Assembly: GCF_001194135.2 (NCBI RefSeq)
Contig: NC_068982.1
Span: 166,404,472-166,468,471 of the forward strand
Length of the DNA stretch: 64,000 nucleotides
Direction of reading: 5' to 3'
Source of the DNA: Octopus bimaculoides
Taxonomy: Eukaryota
Of the stretch, positions 12,020 through 23,486 are shown in pieces. The notes under the pieces were generated by a model. That model ran no database searches and was not told the origin of the DNA. It worked only from the letters and a program-made list of their open reading frames with translations. Position 1 is the stretch's first letter; each line of letters starts with the position of its first letter. Made by a program: the position numbers and the translations under genes.

Positions 12020-15000
12020 ACTCACTCACTCACTTGATTGCTTCAGTCAATTCACAGCAAGACTTAAATATGCTTGCACACATCAAATAATCAATTTTAC
12101 TAAGTTCTTAGCCAAAGCAAACATGAGAATTTTGCAGAATAATCCATAAAGTAATAAACTATCAGGAAAAGCCCAGTGCCATGAAATACCTTTAGATGCC
12201 AAGAAATAAAATCAATGTGTGTTTCCTTGTTTCCTGTAAAAAAGTTGGTGCCATGAACTACATGATCTAAAAGACCAATTGCATATTTCTTGTGTCCTTT
12301 GTGATGTTTCTTATAATAACATCCATCACCAGGTCCACCAAATATCAGCCTTTTGTCAGCTGCTCTCAGTCCTTCTGAAGAAGCATCATAATAATTGAGA
12401 AATCCTGAAAGAGAAAATTAAAATAATTGAAATCATATTCTTGTCATTTGTCATCAATGATCTCTCTTCAGATCCATTCATGTGTTTCTTAATTCTTTGA
12501 AGAATTGCAATCTCATAAAACATTCATCAATTTTACATGAGCTGCAAAAGTTGTTTTAAATAAAACAAGATTATGTATTTAAAACTCCACAAACCTTTTA
12601 CTGTCATATTCACAGCATCAAAATCATGACAATCTGGTTCATTCCAAGTCTCAAAATTCCAACGTCTCACATAGTCTATTCCATATTTCTCTAGTATAAA
12701 GTCACAGAAAAAAAAAGACAAATATTCATTTACCCTATGCAATAATAGTAAGATAAATAAAGTCAGCTGTTTAGCGTTCTGTCATCACAGATACCATGTG
12801 ATTTCAGAAGAAGCTACAATGGAAGTTGTGATGTTCATATTTTCTTAATGGCATTAATTAGAAGAGTGAGGGAAACAGAAATGACCAACAATCAAATCTA
12901 AACTGCAGAGTTGATTTTCTCAGAGTTTACTACAGTAGTTCTCCGTTTATGGGTTGCAGCCCAAATTGGAGTGCAGTATAACAGTTGCAAAAATAAAACC
13001 ATTTACTTTTGAAATATTTGATAAAGTGTAAAATGTCTTTGTTATACAAGGTCTACAACACAATTTTAACTGCAAACAAAAGCTCAGAAATATTTCCCCA
13101 AGAAAAGTATTACATGTTAATCTTTAACAGATTTTGGGAAAGTTGTTATATTTCATGATGGTCACTTTTTTTCTTTCTTGCAAAATAAACACATGCACTA
13201 TATATTCGTTCTCCACTAATTATTATTGTTCTTATTTTAACAAATTCATAAACGTTTTTGAAAGCTGTTTTTTATAAAAAAATTTAAAAAATTTATATGT
13301 AAATATTAAAATCCACTATGGAGGATTGCTGATTTACCACAATGGGTTGTGATAGTAAATAGTTTGAAACCACTGACCTATACAAAAATCATATAATAAT
13401 TCTTATTAAAAGAAAAGAAAAAAATGAAAATACTGTAAAAAGTAAAAGTGTTGTTTCTACGAAACAAGACGAAGAAATAACCTCACACTCAGAAAACAAT
13501 TTTTAATGTAGAAAACAACCTTTGTGTTAATAAATTTGTTAGTGCTAGTGCTACATAAAAAAGTATCTATGCCACATAAGAACCACCCATGCCAGTGCCA
13601 CATGAAAAGCATGTAAGGACCGTGTATGCATGGGGACGAGAATAGCTCTTTAGTACATCACACGGTCAATACAATAAATATAAATTGAATAGTACATATA
13701 AGTGCCAGAGAGAATATGGAGACATAATTGCATGGAATGATTAAGAGATTTATTGATATAATAACGTGTGTCTGTGTGCGTCATGTATACAGAATAATAG
13801 ACAGGCTGTCGTGAGAAGAATGTGTATGTGTGTACAGGCATGGATGTGTGTGTGTGTTGTGTGGTGGCGGCACTGGAACTGGCTGTGTCTACATAACCAG
13901 TGGCTTGACCTTAAAAGGTCAGAAAACAAAGACATATAATGAGGAAAAAGCTGAGTTTTTATAAGGAGCAGTCAGTTCAAAAAGGGTGTGAAAAAGGTTG
14001 TTCGTGTGATCCCATCGCTGACTGGCTATCCATGATCAGTTGGCACGACAGAGTAAGAGACAAACTGCGCTAACACCAACCAACCAGAGCAGTGGACACA
14101 ATGGGATCCAAACAGCGGCCAAAGGTCAGTTGGTCCCTGCTACATTCAAATACATGTATATATAGAATCTACACTACAAGCACCTGGACCAGTGCCACAT
14201 AAAAAGCACCCAGTACACTCTGTAAAGTGGAGGCGCATGGCTTAGTGGTTAGGGTGTCAGCATCATGATCGTAAGATTGTGGTTTCGATTCCTGGACCGG
14301 GCGACATGTGTTCTTGAGCAAAACACTTCATTTCACGTTGCTCCAGTCCACTCAGCTGGCAAAAATGAGTAACGGTGCGATGGACTGGCGTCTCGTCCAG
14401 CTGGGGAACGCATACCCCATCGAAACCAGGCCCGTGAGCCTGGCTAGGCTTTAAAAGGGTGCATTTATTTATTTATTTTTTACACTCTGTAAGTGCACTC
14501 TGTAAGTGCACTCTGTAAGTGCATCAAGCTGTAGAAACCATGTCAAAACAAACAACTGGAGCCTGGGCAGCTCTCCCGCTTGCCAGCTCCTGTCAAACCG
14601 TCTAACCCATGCCAGCATAAAATGGTGATGATGATTATGGATAAACTCCCTTGTTTTAGTCATAAGAGATTATGAAAAGTTCTTCAGTGTTATTGTTTGG
14701 TTTTAGTTCCATGGTTTCTGTCCCATCACGAATTCTTCCAAATTAACTCTGAAGTTATGTATCCTTAGGTGATTTTTGACTAACAATCATCGTAGGTGAG
14801 CTGAGACTGTAATCAAGCTCCCAATTCCTTGTTGAAATCAATTCACTTCACTTAAGTAACCAATGGCTTTGAAGAAAGCATGACTTCTCTTTCCAATCTC
14901 ATTTCTTTTCCTAATGAATTTATTGTCTTAAATTTGTGTAAAAAACATAAATAGTACTTACTTATGTATCTTTCGGCTGTAGCTTTCACAAGATCTCGCC

Positions 15001-17010
15001 AGAAAACCACTTGAGTTTTATTTTCAAAATCAGTAAAAAAATTTGACAAACTACCCATTAGCTCAAACCCAGGTTTTAATCCATTTTTATATAGCTTATC
15101 AATGAGCTGATCAAGCCAACGGAAATCATACTGTAGCGGATGTTGTCTGAAAAAGAATTTTGCATATAAGCCAAATAATGAAAAATAGTATTTTCCAATA
15201 CATATTGTCTTCAGTAAATATATACTGATTCCTACAATAGGTGGATAGAAAAGGTTTTGAAAATCTGACATTTTCTGTTCTTACTGTTAACCAGTCAACT
15301 GTGAAAGGGGAATGAATTCTATTTGGAAGCTAGATAGTTATGGGTAATATTTAAAGAAAACTTATAAAAACCCTGTTAAATTTGGTTGCATATTGATCTA
15401 CATGATTAAAAGGTTCACTTTACAACTTGGTAGTTTCAGGCTGAATCCAACAGTGCAACATCTTGAGCAAGAGTCTTCTCCACAGCCTCAGGTCTACCAA
15501 AGCCTTGAATGAAAAATTTGGAAGATAGAAACCAAGTAGAAGGCTTTTAAGGGATTTCCTTGCTTGTGGATGGTTCTTGGGTGGTGGACTTAATCCATAG
15601 CCTGGTTACAAAATACCTTAAGTAACTTTAACAGAGCCTATTCTACTGAAAACATCTCAATCTCCAGATTGAGAATACTTTCCTTTCACCAGTGATGGAG
15701 GCCCTGAAAAGGGGCATGAGCCTTTCCTCTTCTGATATAAACAATTCTAAATAAAAAAAATAGGTAAATAGATGCAAACTAATTAAAAATATATGTAAGA
15801 CAATAATGAAAATTCAACTCACTTTTTAACTTGCACAAGATCTAACAACCAGTGTATACGCACTTGTTGAATGCCAGTGAATGGTAATGCACCAATGTAG
15901 GCCAAATTCTGATTCATGTCAGGCCCAGTGTCATATTTATAAGCTTTTGCATGTGGTTCCGAAGGGCTGTTATATATAAAAAAAAAAAAACAATTTTCTT
16001 ATCCTGTTTGATACTGCTTCATTAAATATAATACTAATCATTGAAATATCTTACAGTTGGGGCCACAATTCTGAATAAATTTATTCTTATCTTTATTCAG
16101 CATTATGGTAGTTTGGGGACTTTTTATATTCATTTAAAAATGCTTCAAATAAACTAAAAAGTTCATTTCTATCTCACTAGGTTTAACATTTTATTATAAA
16201 AATTTGGAACAGAAACAAAATGGGGAATGGGATATTCTTCAAAAGAGGGAGATAAACACAAGCTCCCATCAAGCTGAATAAGCTACTGGTATAATAAAAA
16301 CTTAGGGAAAGCCAGCACCGTGAAGAGCAGAAATATAGCTCAGATGAAGCAACTAAGTAAGGAAACATATTAGATGGTTCCAGACATTTACACAGACAGC
16401 CTAAGGCAGACAACCAAGGACCACTGTCACCACAGGTATTAGCGCAGTTGACATATATTTTGGGCTGACTGCATGCTGTCACACAGATATCTTTCTGTAA
16501 TTTCAGAGCAATTGTCTCTCTCCTTGTCAATAATTATTAATGTTATTAATTGTAAATAGTCAACACCAAGTATCCCTATGACCAGCAATAAATATTTCAG
16601 CTAAGGAATGAAGAGCGGTACCAAATCAGACACTGTGTCAGGTCACCAACCCAGCTGAAAGGAATTACAATGATTCTCTACGTGGGTACTTGATATGCTA
16701 GAAACAGCAAGTAAATCTCCTTCAAATTATATCCTATCGTTTCAGAAAAATGAAAGGACATAATGGATAATGTACTTCTGGTTATGTTGGAGGAAAAAGA
16801 CGGAGTAATCACATCTGGAATGCCTTTGATCGCAGAACAACAACAAAACAATCATTGATAAGAACAAGAGATGAACACAATAGCTTACCAGAAGCCCGTA
16901 CTTCGCCAGAAATGTTTCAAAGGTCCACTGGAATTCCGTGAATCGATTCTAACAAAGTATGTTCCAAAGACATGAGGCCAGATAAAACATAAAATATAAC
17001 GCAACCGCAT
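796..17010 (-). CDS. IDUA: Alpha-L-iduronidase (GH39), multi-exon, 3'-partial in window
   Basis: Hand-spliced exons (minus): 16889-17010 (MRLRYILCF...HFWRSTGFC), 15823-15966 (NLAYIGALP...QVRIHWLLDLV), 14962-15146 (GFELMGS...FTDFENK), 12595-12690 (WNFETWNEPD, acid/base Glu), 12190-12404 (FGGPGD...DFISWHLK), 11377-11477 (PFYN), [one exon not visible], 8445-8697 ([30 protein letters not shown]), 7119-7188, 5073-5206, 4132-4253, 2461-2586 (LLLVHICSK), 796-872 (LVVWSD). All have GT-AG ends with matching phases, except across the missing exon. Confidence 0.95.
920..1068 (+). mobile_element. tRNA-derived SINE, truncated copy (same family as 22320-22752 and 35587-35940)
   Basis: B-box-like 'ggttcagtccc' followed by 'gaccaaagctttgtgaatggatttggtaggcagaaactgaaagaaaccc', shared with several other copies in the window. 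Confidence 0.7.
1305..1512 (-). mobile_element. tRNA-headed SINE with Nin/Deu-like central domain
   Basis: Minus strand reads 'agctggcagaatcattagcac...gggttcaaattctgctggggtcaactttgcctttcctccctcgtagatcaataaaatcagtacca'. A related copy lies near 3880-4075. The domain name is assigned from memory of 'gcctttcatcc...gtcgataaaat.agtacc'. Confidence 0.6.
1416..1797. repeat. Near-perfect inverted repeat: 174-bp arms with a 34-bp (GAT/ATC)-rich spacer
   Basis: Arms 1416-1589 and 1624-1797 compared base by base; the only mismatch is G1465 opposite T1748. Confidence 0.95.
1969..2395 (-). mobile_element. RTE-clade LINE 3' end (ORF C-terminus, 3' UTR, (GAT)n tail)
   Basis: Minus strand translates 'LTVEGTRGRGRPRKTWAEVVRQDLRTLGLTEAMTTDRDL*', typical of an RTE ORF end, followed by the family 3' UTR ending 'ccatgctagcatggaaagcggacgttaaacgatgatgatg'. 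Confidence 0.85.
3296..3810 (-). mobile_element. Mutator-like (MULE) transposase C-terminal relic with short repeats
   Basis: ORF 3556-3804 'DYFEDTYLGR...DLWNMYNRMLDELPRTNNVVAGW' matches the MULE 'RTNNxxEGW' motif, with E changed to A. Repeated 'acaattaccc'-like units at 3299-3375. Confidence 0.7.
5215..5296. repeat. (AT)n microsatellite, one of many: also (CT)n ~4940-4980 and 11930-12015, (GATA/GACA)n ~7228-7300, (CA)n ~8135-8190
   Basis: Read directly from the sequence. Confidence 0.95.
5296..6075 (-). mobile_element. RTE-clade LINE 3' end with internal tandem subrepeats
   Basis: Same 3' UTR and tail as 1969-2395, plus four ~62-65 bp units ('acgtgccac...gccagt...ctggcaac...cgctcaaat') at 5466-5712 and two copies of 'aatttcacttg...aacaggtctt.gcaagcagag.ttagtgtccaatgaagg'. 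Confidence 0.85.
8810..9014. mobile_element. hAT-type MITE, partial (family of 21731-21984)
   Basis: Internal sequence 'aatcctattatatttt...ataaccaatttatt...ttttaacaacaaaatc...ggacccc' and terminus 'gttgagaaacactg' shared with 21731-21984 and 55522-55740. Confidence 0.6.
9300..10500 (+). mobile_element. Two same-orientation RTE 3' UTR copies flanking a 738-N gap
   Basis: 9300-9482 and 10221-10500 both carry the 3' UTR but differ by SNPs and an indel. The right copy ends in (GAT)n. Confidence 0.8.
12933..13375. mobile_element. hAT-like MITE, old
   Basis: Termini 'cagtagttctc' and 'gtttgaaaccactg' resemble the CAGTGGTT(C/T)TCAAAC hAT TIR. No clean target-site duplication. Confidence 0.5.
14229..14480 (+). 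mobile_element. Full-length tRNA-derived SINE with target-site duplication
   Basis: A box 'tggcttagtgg', B box 'gtttcgattcc', core 'ttgagcaaaacacttcatttcacgttgctccagtccactcagctgg', (TTTA)n tail, TSD 'tacactctgtaa(a)gtg' on both sides. A related partial copy is on the minus strand at ~31090-31240. Confidence 0.85.
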
Positions 17011-19438
17011 TTTTATCTCCGCCGACTAACAATACTGTCTCACATCCGAGCCAAAGAGAATGCCTCTCCGTGGCCACTAAATCGGAGAAATATTAGCCAA
17101 ATTTCCCTCGCATTGCACCTTAATCTGTTTTAAAGAAAAGAAGAACCCATTAGATAGAATTTGATTTTAAAAAAATAAGACAGGACAATCACGAACGAAA
17201 TGTCTTTGATCATAAATTCGCTCGATCAGGAGTGCTGTGGAGTTAAACAATAAAAACAAATATATCGCAGGCTTGATTTTCTATTCTGTCAATAAAACCT
17301 ATCGACAGAACAATTCCAAGTAGAAGAAAGGAAAACAATAACAAAACGAATGTCACCAAAACAATCTCCGTTAATGATGGTAAAAGTTATATACCCTTAA
17401 CATTGTATTGGTGTAGAGTTATAAACCCTTAATTAGCTTAAAGGGAACTAATTACAGAATTAACTCCCTTCAAATAATTTAATTTTTAGCACGTCAAAGG
17501 AAAAGCTGTTTTAATGTTATTTTGACAAGGTTTTTAACTCGAAAATATAAGATAGTTTCATACTTTTATTTTATTTCTGTGCACAAGGGAAAGAAAAACA
17601 ACACCACTGCTAGTTGAAATTGCTTAGATACAGATTAGCCCTACGATCAAAAACGCTCAAGTTATGACCATCCTATATTTTTAGGGATATATAGGGCTAC
17701 ATTATCCAATGTGTCCCTTTCTTATTTAAGAATGTACGATGTTATCTGAGGGAGTTTTGGCTGCTATTTCTAGCAGATCAAGTGACTACATAGAGACCAT
17801 CTGTTGATTATTATAAGTTAGGGAAGTCAGACAAATATGCATCTATTTATATATTTTATATTATGAACTCTTTCAGAAAGGCTGTTCCAGTTCAGCTACA
17901 TTAATATAGTTGCAGTTGTCTTTCAAAGGCAGGCTGCATCCTCTGCCTCAACTTCTCCTATTTCCAGAACAGCTACAAGCACAACACCAACCAACATTCT
18001 TCTTTGATGTAGGAACATACGATTTTCCTCTCTCCTGATCCTATTTTCTCACTCTCTCCAAGATACCCATCGTTATTCCAGCTGTCTGCTCTCTAACGTT
18101 CTGTCTCCTGTTCAAGTTGCTACTTGCAATTTGGAGCCATCTAACAATTCAGTAGGAGGCCAACCAATCGCCCACAGATCAAAAACAGTGCACAACAAAT
18201 GAGATCATCCCTCAAGTCTGGGGTCTCATTTCCTCTCCAAAGCACCAGCTCACCTGACGTGCTTTTCCTCAGCTCCAATCCCAACACACCTCCCACTATA
18301 GATTCTGGTTGTTTCACAGCCAACCCAGATCTCTTTGGATGACCCACAACCTCTGCTGCCCTCACCACAGTCTATTCCATCATCATGTCATCTATGTAGG
18401 ATTCAGTGGATCCTTTCGCTCTGACTACCTTCCTCAGTATCATCTTGAGGACTGTTAGCATGATCTTTGACACAGAGTTCAGTCGCAAAAATTCAACTGT
18501 AGCTGAACTTCATTCTTTTTTGGTTTGAACAACCATCATTAGTGGCAGCACCAAACTTCCATTTTTCCCCCCAAAGACATTAAAATACCTTCCTCAACAC
18601 ATCTCTCCACTTCCCTTTTATACTTATCTCTCACCCACACTCCTAGAGACCTTGTAGCAACTTATTTGATTCTTCAGCATTTAAAAAAAAATTTTTATGA
18701 AGGTTCACGCTTCCAGAACCATTTGATTGCCTGTCACATGCTATCAAATACTGTATAGAAATCCTTGTCTTCAGTCTTACAAAGAATGTCCACCGCTTCC
18801 TAACTCACTGATAATTCCACTGTTCTTGCTCTTCTGCTGCACTCACCTCAGCTATCCACCAGCATAGAAGTCACTAGGGTTTCCACTCCCCTGTGTTGGT
18901 GCGCAATATTGACTCCATACAGCTAACATATTAAAACCAGAGCTGGGCCTTGACTTTCAGATCCTTTGGTCAAATGTTGAAATAGGGCTATCTATAAAGA
19001 TATCTACAATGAATCCATACTGTACAGGCATTAACTGAGATAGCTGACATATAGTGCATATTCCTGGCTTATAACTATCTTTGTAGGATTCTCTACATCC
19101 AGCTACAACATGGTAAACTATTAAAAGAAGGATCAAAGTAACAGTTCAAAGACCAACTGAAGATCACTTTGAAGAGGGGTAATTTCCACCCTTCCAGAGT
19201 AGAAGACTACCAGTTACCACATATTGCATGCATGTATGCCAAGTTGCTCCTGATCTCTCCCCCAAAATTTCTTCATGGCACACCTGCGACTGAAGTTGTA
19301 CATAACAGATTGGGATGTAATCATCAAAAGATCCGCAAATGAAGAAGGCGGCCATCATTAGATTCAATGCCTGACCAGATGCAATGAGCACACACACACA
19401 CGTGTGTGTGATGTAAAGATATGCATTACCAATTTTAA

Positions 19439-19806
19439 CCCTTTCGTTACCAACCCAGTTGAAATCGGTTCTGGCTCCGTAGTACAAATGTCTTGTTTTC
19501 ATAAGTTTTGAATTAAAATCTTCCACCAAACCTTAGTCACAATTTATTTTCTTAACACTAGCTTAATGATAACTAAGTTATTTAACTAAATTCTTTGTTA
19601 TCATCATCGTTTAACGTCCGCTTTCCATGCTAGCATGGGTTGGACGATTTGACTGAGGACTGGTGCAACTGGATGGCTACACCAGGCTCCAATCTAATTT
19701 GGCAGAGTTTCTACAGCTGGATGCCCTTCCTAACGCCAATATATATTTAAAAAATCAATTGAAAGAAATACAGAGCATCTCAAAAAAAAATATGGTAACG
19801 AAAGGG
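19439..19806. mobile_element. piggyBac-like MITE containing a nested RTE tail fragment
   Basis: 14-bp TIRs 'ccctttcgttacca' and 'tggtaacgaaaggg', TTAA on the left and TTTA on the right. An RTE 3' UTR fragment is inserted at ~19601-19739. Confidence 0.8.
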
Positions 19807-21730
19807 TTTAGAAACTATGATCAGAAAATACTTATCTCATGTTCATTAGCATTACTAAAATTCTAAAAGTGAATACACATTTTACCTATGCTACTTTTTG
19901 TATGGATAACGGATACAAAAGTCATAGAAAATAAAATTTGTTGATGTATATGAATATTTCCTGAGAAAACTTTGCATGACTTTAGTCATTGGGTATTGGC
20001 TGACATGTCACCAAAATATGACTGATTCTTCAGAGGCATAAGGAAGGGGTCCATTTTGAAATAAAGAAAAAAAACAAACTAGTCTCTTCCCACTTGCAAG
20101 GATTCATTCTAACAATAAATTATTTTTGCATTTACTTCCTAGTTTGTGTTCTCAAAGATGAAGAGATGTTGCCTGTGTTCTTTAACTATATGAGGTCAAG
20201 TCAATTGTTTAATTAATGTTGGCAATTAATGAGTGTTGTTTTCAATGAATGAGAATACGGTTGTTTGATCAATAGGATTATATTACAGTTTAGGAGGCTG
20301 AGTATCCAACAGACACCTGTAGCTTAAATGTATTCCTCAAGCAAGTAGCAAGGCCGTATCTGATAAGGACAAGAGTGGCTTTCTGAGTTACCAGTACAAT
20401 ACATTTGACATGCTTTCTAAGAGAATTTCTATTACTAGGGTGTGATTACGGGGATTTGGCTGCCTTGCTGTTTTAAAAAAGAACTCATTGGAGAATGTGA
20501 TCCTGAGTTTCCTGCACATAAGGAAAAGATGAGATGATTTCAACTGATCATAGGTCTGTTCATTTAGCACTGATGTAAGGATGAACAGCAACCCAATTCA
20601 ACACATAAGGTTTCAGCTGACCCAAGGCTATGGTAGAAGAAACTTGCTTAAGATGTTGGACAATGGAATCAAACCCAGGATCTCATGATTGAAACATGCT
20701 CCTTAACAACTTACCTATTTGCAGTTAATACTAAAGTATAAAACAAGAATTTCAATTACATACAGTATATTTTTCTCATAAACCTAAAACAAAGATGAAG
20801 AAGCATGTGGAGTTACAAAATCAACAGAAAACAAATACTTAAAAAAAATCATATAAATTTTATTTCCAGTTATAATTTATAAATAAAATAATCAGGTAAA
20901 ATAGAGTTAAACAAAATAACTTTTTCATAGATCCACAACCCATGCTAGCATGGAAAGCGGACATTAAACGATCATAACGATGATGATGATATATCATCAT
21001 TATTTTAATGTCCACTTTCCATGCTTGAAACCCTAACGTGCTTTCCCCTATGGCCAGATGTGTTTTCATAGATTGGAAATGAACCACACTATGATGGTGA
21101 CACTCTTTACAACTCTCACATGCTGTCAAGACAAGGAAACAATACACATACACACATATATTATACATAATTGCCTTCTTTCAGCTTGTTTACCAAATCT
21201 ATTCACAAGACTTTGGTTAGCTCCATGCTATAGTAGAAAACACTTTTTTTTTTTTGGTAGCAATTTTCATAATATCAACCAGCAGAATCAGTCATTGTCT
21301 ATTCTACACATGTTCAGTTTCAAAAAAAAAAAATTGATTTATCATATCTTGATTTTGCCAGATTAAATTACAACTTACATTGATTTCTTTTATTTCAACA
21401 TTCTCCATTCCCACAACATGGAACCCACAAGAAATTATATAAGAAAGAAATAGATGAATGGCCATTATATTCTTTATTTCAAAATACATTATCCTGCATT
21501 GCTTCAGTTCACATAACTGCTAAAAATAGGCATGAGATCAATGCTTTAACTCAGATCAGTGTCCACTAGCCACTTCAGCTTGCTGGGATATTGAAGCTGG
21601 AAACAGGTTCTGATTATGAGCTACGGGTGATAGTTTATGTGCAACAACCTATTCAATTCATCATCTCATTTATCTGGATTCCCTGATATGGTTGGGGAAA
21701 TCTGTAATACTGCATCTTAACTGTCTACAT

Positions 21731-21984
21731 CAGCATTTCTCAACCTTTTTTGCTTGTGGACCTCTTTGATTCCTCTCTTACTTTACTGGACCCTCATAGC
21801 CATTTGATGCTTTAAAAAATCCTATTATATTTTTAGAATTAAATATTATTAGAAATTGTATTTAAAAAATTGCTAAAATATCTTGTGTACTGTAGAAGAA
21901 TAACCAATTTAATGCACATCAATTTTAACAATAAAATCTGACATGGACCCCGAAGGTTCATATAGACCCTGACTGAGACCACTG
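21731..21984. mobile_element. hAT (Charlie-like) MITE
   Basis: Termini 'cagcatttctcaacc' and 'gactgagaccactg'. Flanks 'gtctacat' and 'gtctatac' look like a degenerate 8-bp TSD. Confidence 0.65.
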
Positions 21985-22319
21985 GTCTATACTCTACACT
22001 AAATACACTAGACATTGAACCCCTATTTTCATGTCTGGTTTACATAAAATTTCTGCCTTCCTTCACAGCCATATTGACTTAATGATACACAATTGAAAAT
22101 TTAATCACACCACCATGTGAACATGCTAACTATACTGAGGATATATAAAACCAAAACATATCTGCAATTATCTCCCATACTTACCAAAATTACTAAATAA
22201 TATTAGTCATTGAGCTACATAATTATTGCTACGTAGCATTTTAGTGGTCTCCATTAAATAAACACTAATTTAACTACTGCTTTTCATGTGGATGGCACCT
22301 CTAAGTAACTCAATAAGTA

Positions 22320-22533
22320 CTCTTTTTTTACTCTTTTACTTGTTTCAGTCATTTGACTGTGGCCATACTGGAGTACCGCCTTTAGTCGAGCAAATCGACC
22401 CCAGGACTTATTCTTTGGAAACCTAGTATTTATTCTATCGGTATCTTTTGCCAAACCGCTAAGTTACGGGGACGTAAATACACCAGCATTGGTTGTCAAG
22501 CGATGTTGGGGGGACAAACATAGACACAAATAT

Positions 22534-22597
<64 letters not shown>

Positions 22598-22752
22598 GAT
22601 GGGCTTCTTTCAGTTTCTGTCTACCAAATCCACTCACAAGGCTTTGGTTGGCCTGAGGCTATAGTAGAAGACACTTGCCCAAGGTGCCACGCAGTGGGAC
22701 TGAACTCAGAACCATGTGGTTCATAAGCAAGCTACTTACCACACAGCCACTC
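22320..22752 (-). mobile_element. Full-length tRNA-derived SINE with internal (AT)n/(GT)n microsatellite
   Basis: Minus strand: 'gagtggctgtgtggtaag' (A box), 'gagttcagtccc' (B box), internal microsatellite, 3' part 'ggggtcgatttgctcgactaaaggcggtactccagtatggcc' and (AAAAGAGT)-type tail. Confidence 0.85.
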
Positions 22753-23486
22753 AGTTTTTTAAATGGGACAACAACCTATTTACAGTGAGTTTAAAACAAA
22801 TAGTAGAAACCGCCTATCTTGGTTGTAGACACTGTACAATGTGAAGCAAACCATCAATCCTTCAGTTGTTTGACCAACTCCCTTTCAATTTAGCTATAGA
22901 TAGCTTTTACAGATGAGTGTGTATCTAATTATTCAATTATAGGGAGATTTCAAGTGAATATTTTAGCCTTTCAGTGTCTGCAAGTTTGTGTTATACAATC
23001 ACATGACTGTGTATATGCTGTATACATAAAACGTGTACAATCAATAATTAGTTTAAAAACAAAACAACTAAAATAACAAAGTTTCTTGCAGAAATAAAAT
23101 TTCGGGTAAACTTGATTTCATATGTGTAAAACTTGTTGGCGATGAATATAGTCAACTGAATCAATTGTTTCACTGATTCTGGAGAGATGAAATGCATAGT
23201 TAACACGAGTGAGATTTGAACCCAGAATGTTATGATATATGACAAAATACAATCTTTCATAAACTATGGTTCTTGCACTTCTGGTAATGCACCATCCATA
23301 GTATACCGATTTCTTAAAAAAAAAAATAAATAAAGTAATGAAATATAAATAATTCTTTAAAAAACTGTTTTTGTATTTCATGGGACCTCCTAAAAAATAT
23401 ATTAATGTAATATATAAAATGTTTCTAACTTTATAAATCAAAGTGATAACAATTCCACAGACTGATTCCAATCACAGTGCACACAA

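Noticed and set aside
14229-14305. tRNA-like A and B boxes (also at 22752 and 31240)
   Set aside because: They continue into SINE bodies and no full cloverleaf is evident; not tRNA genes.
17011-17560. Search for a CLEAR/TFEB element (GTCACGTGAC) upstream of IDUA
   Set aside because: No match seen; the region is largely repeat fragments.
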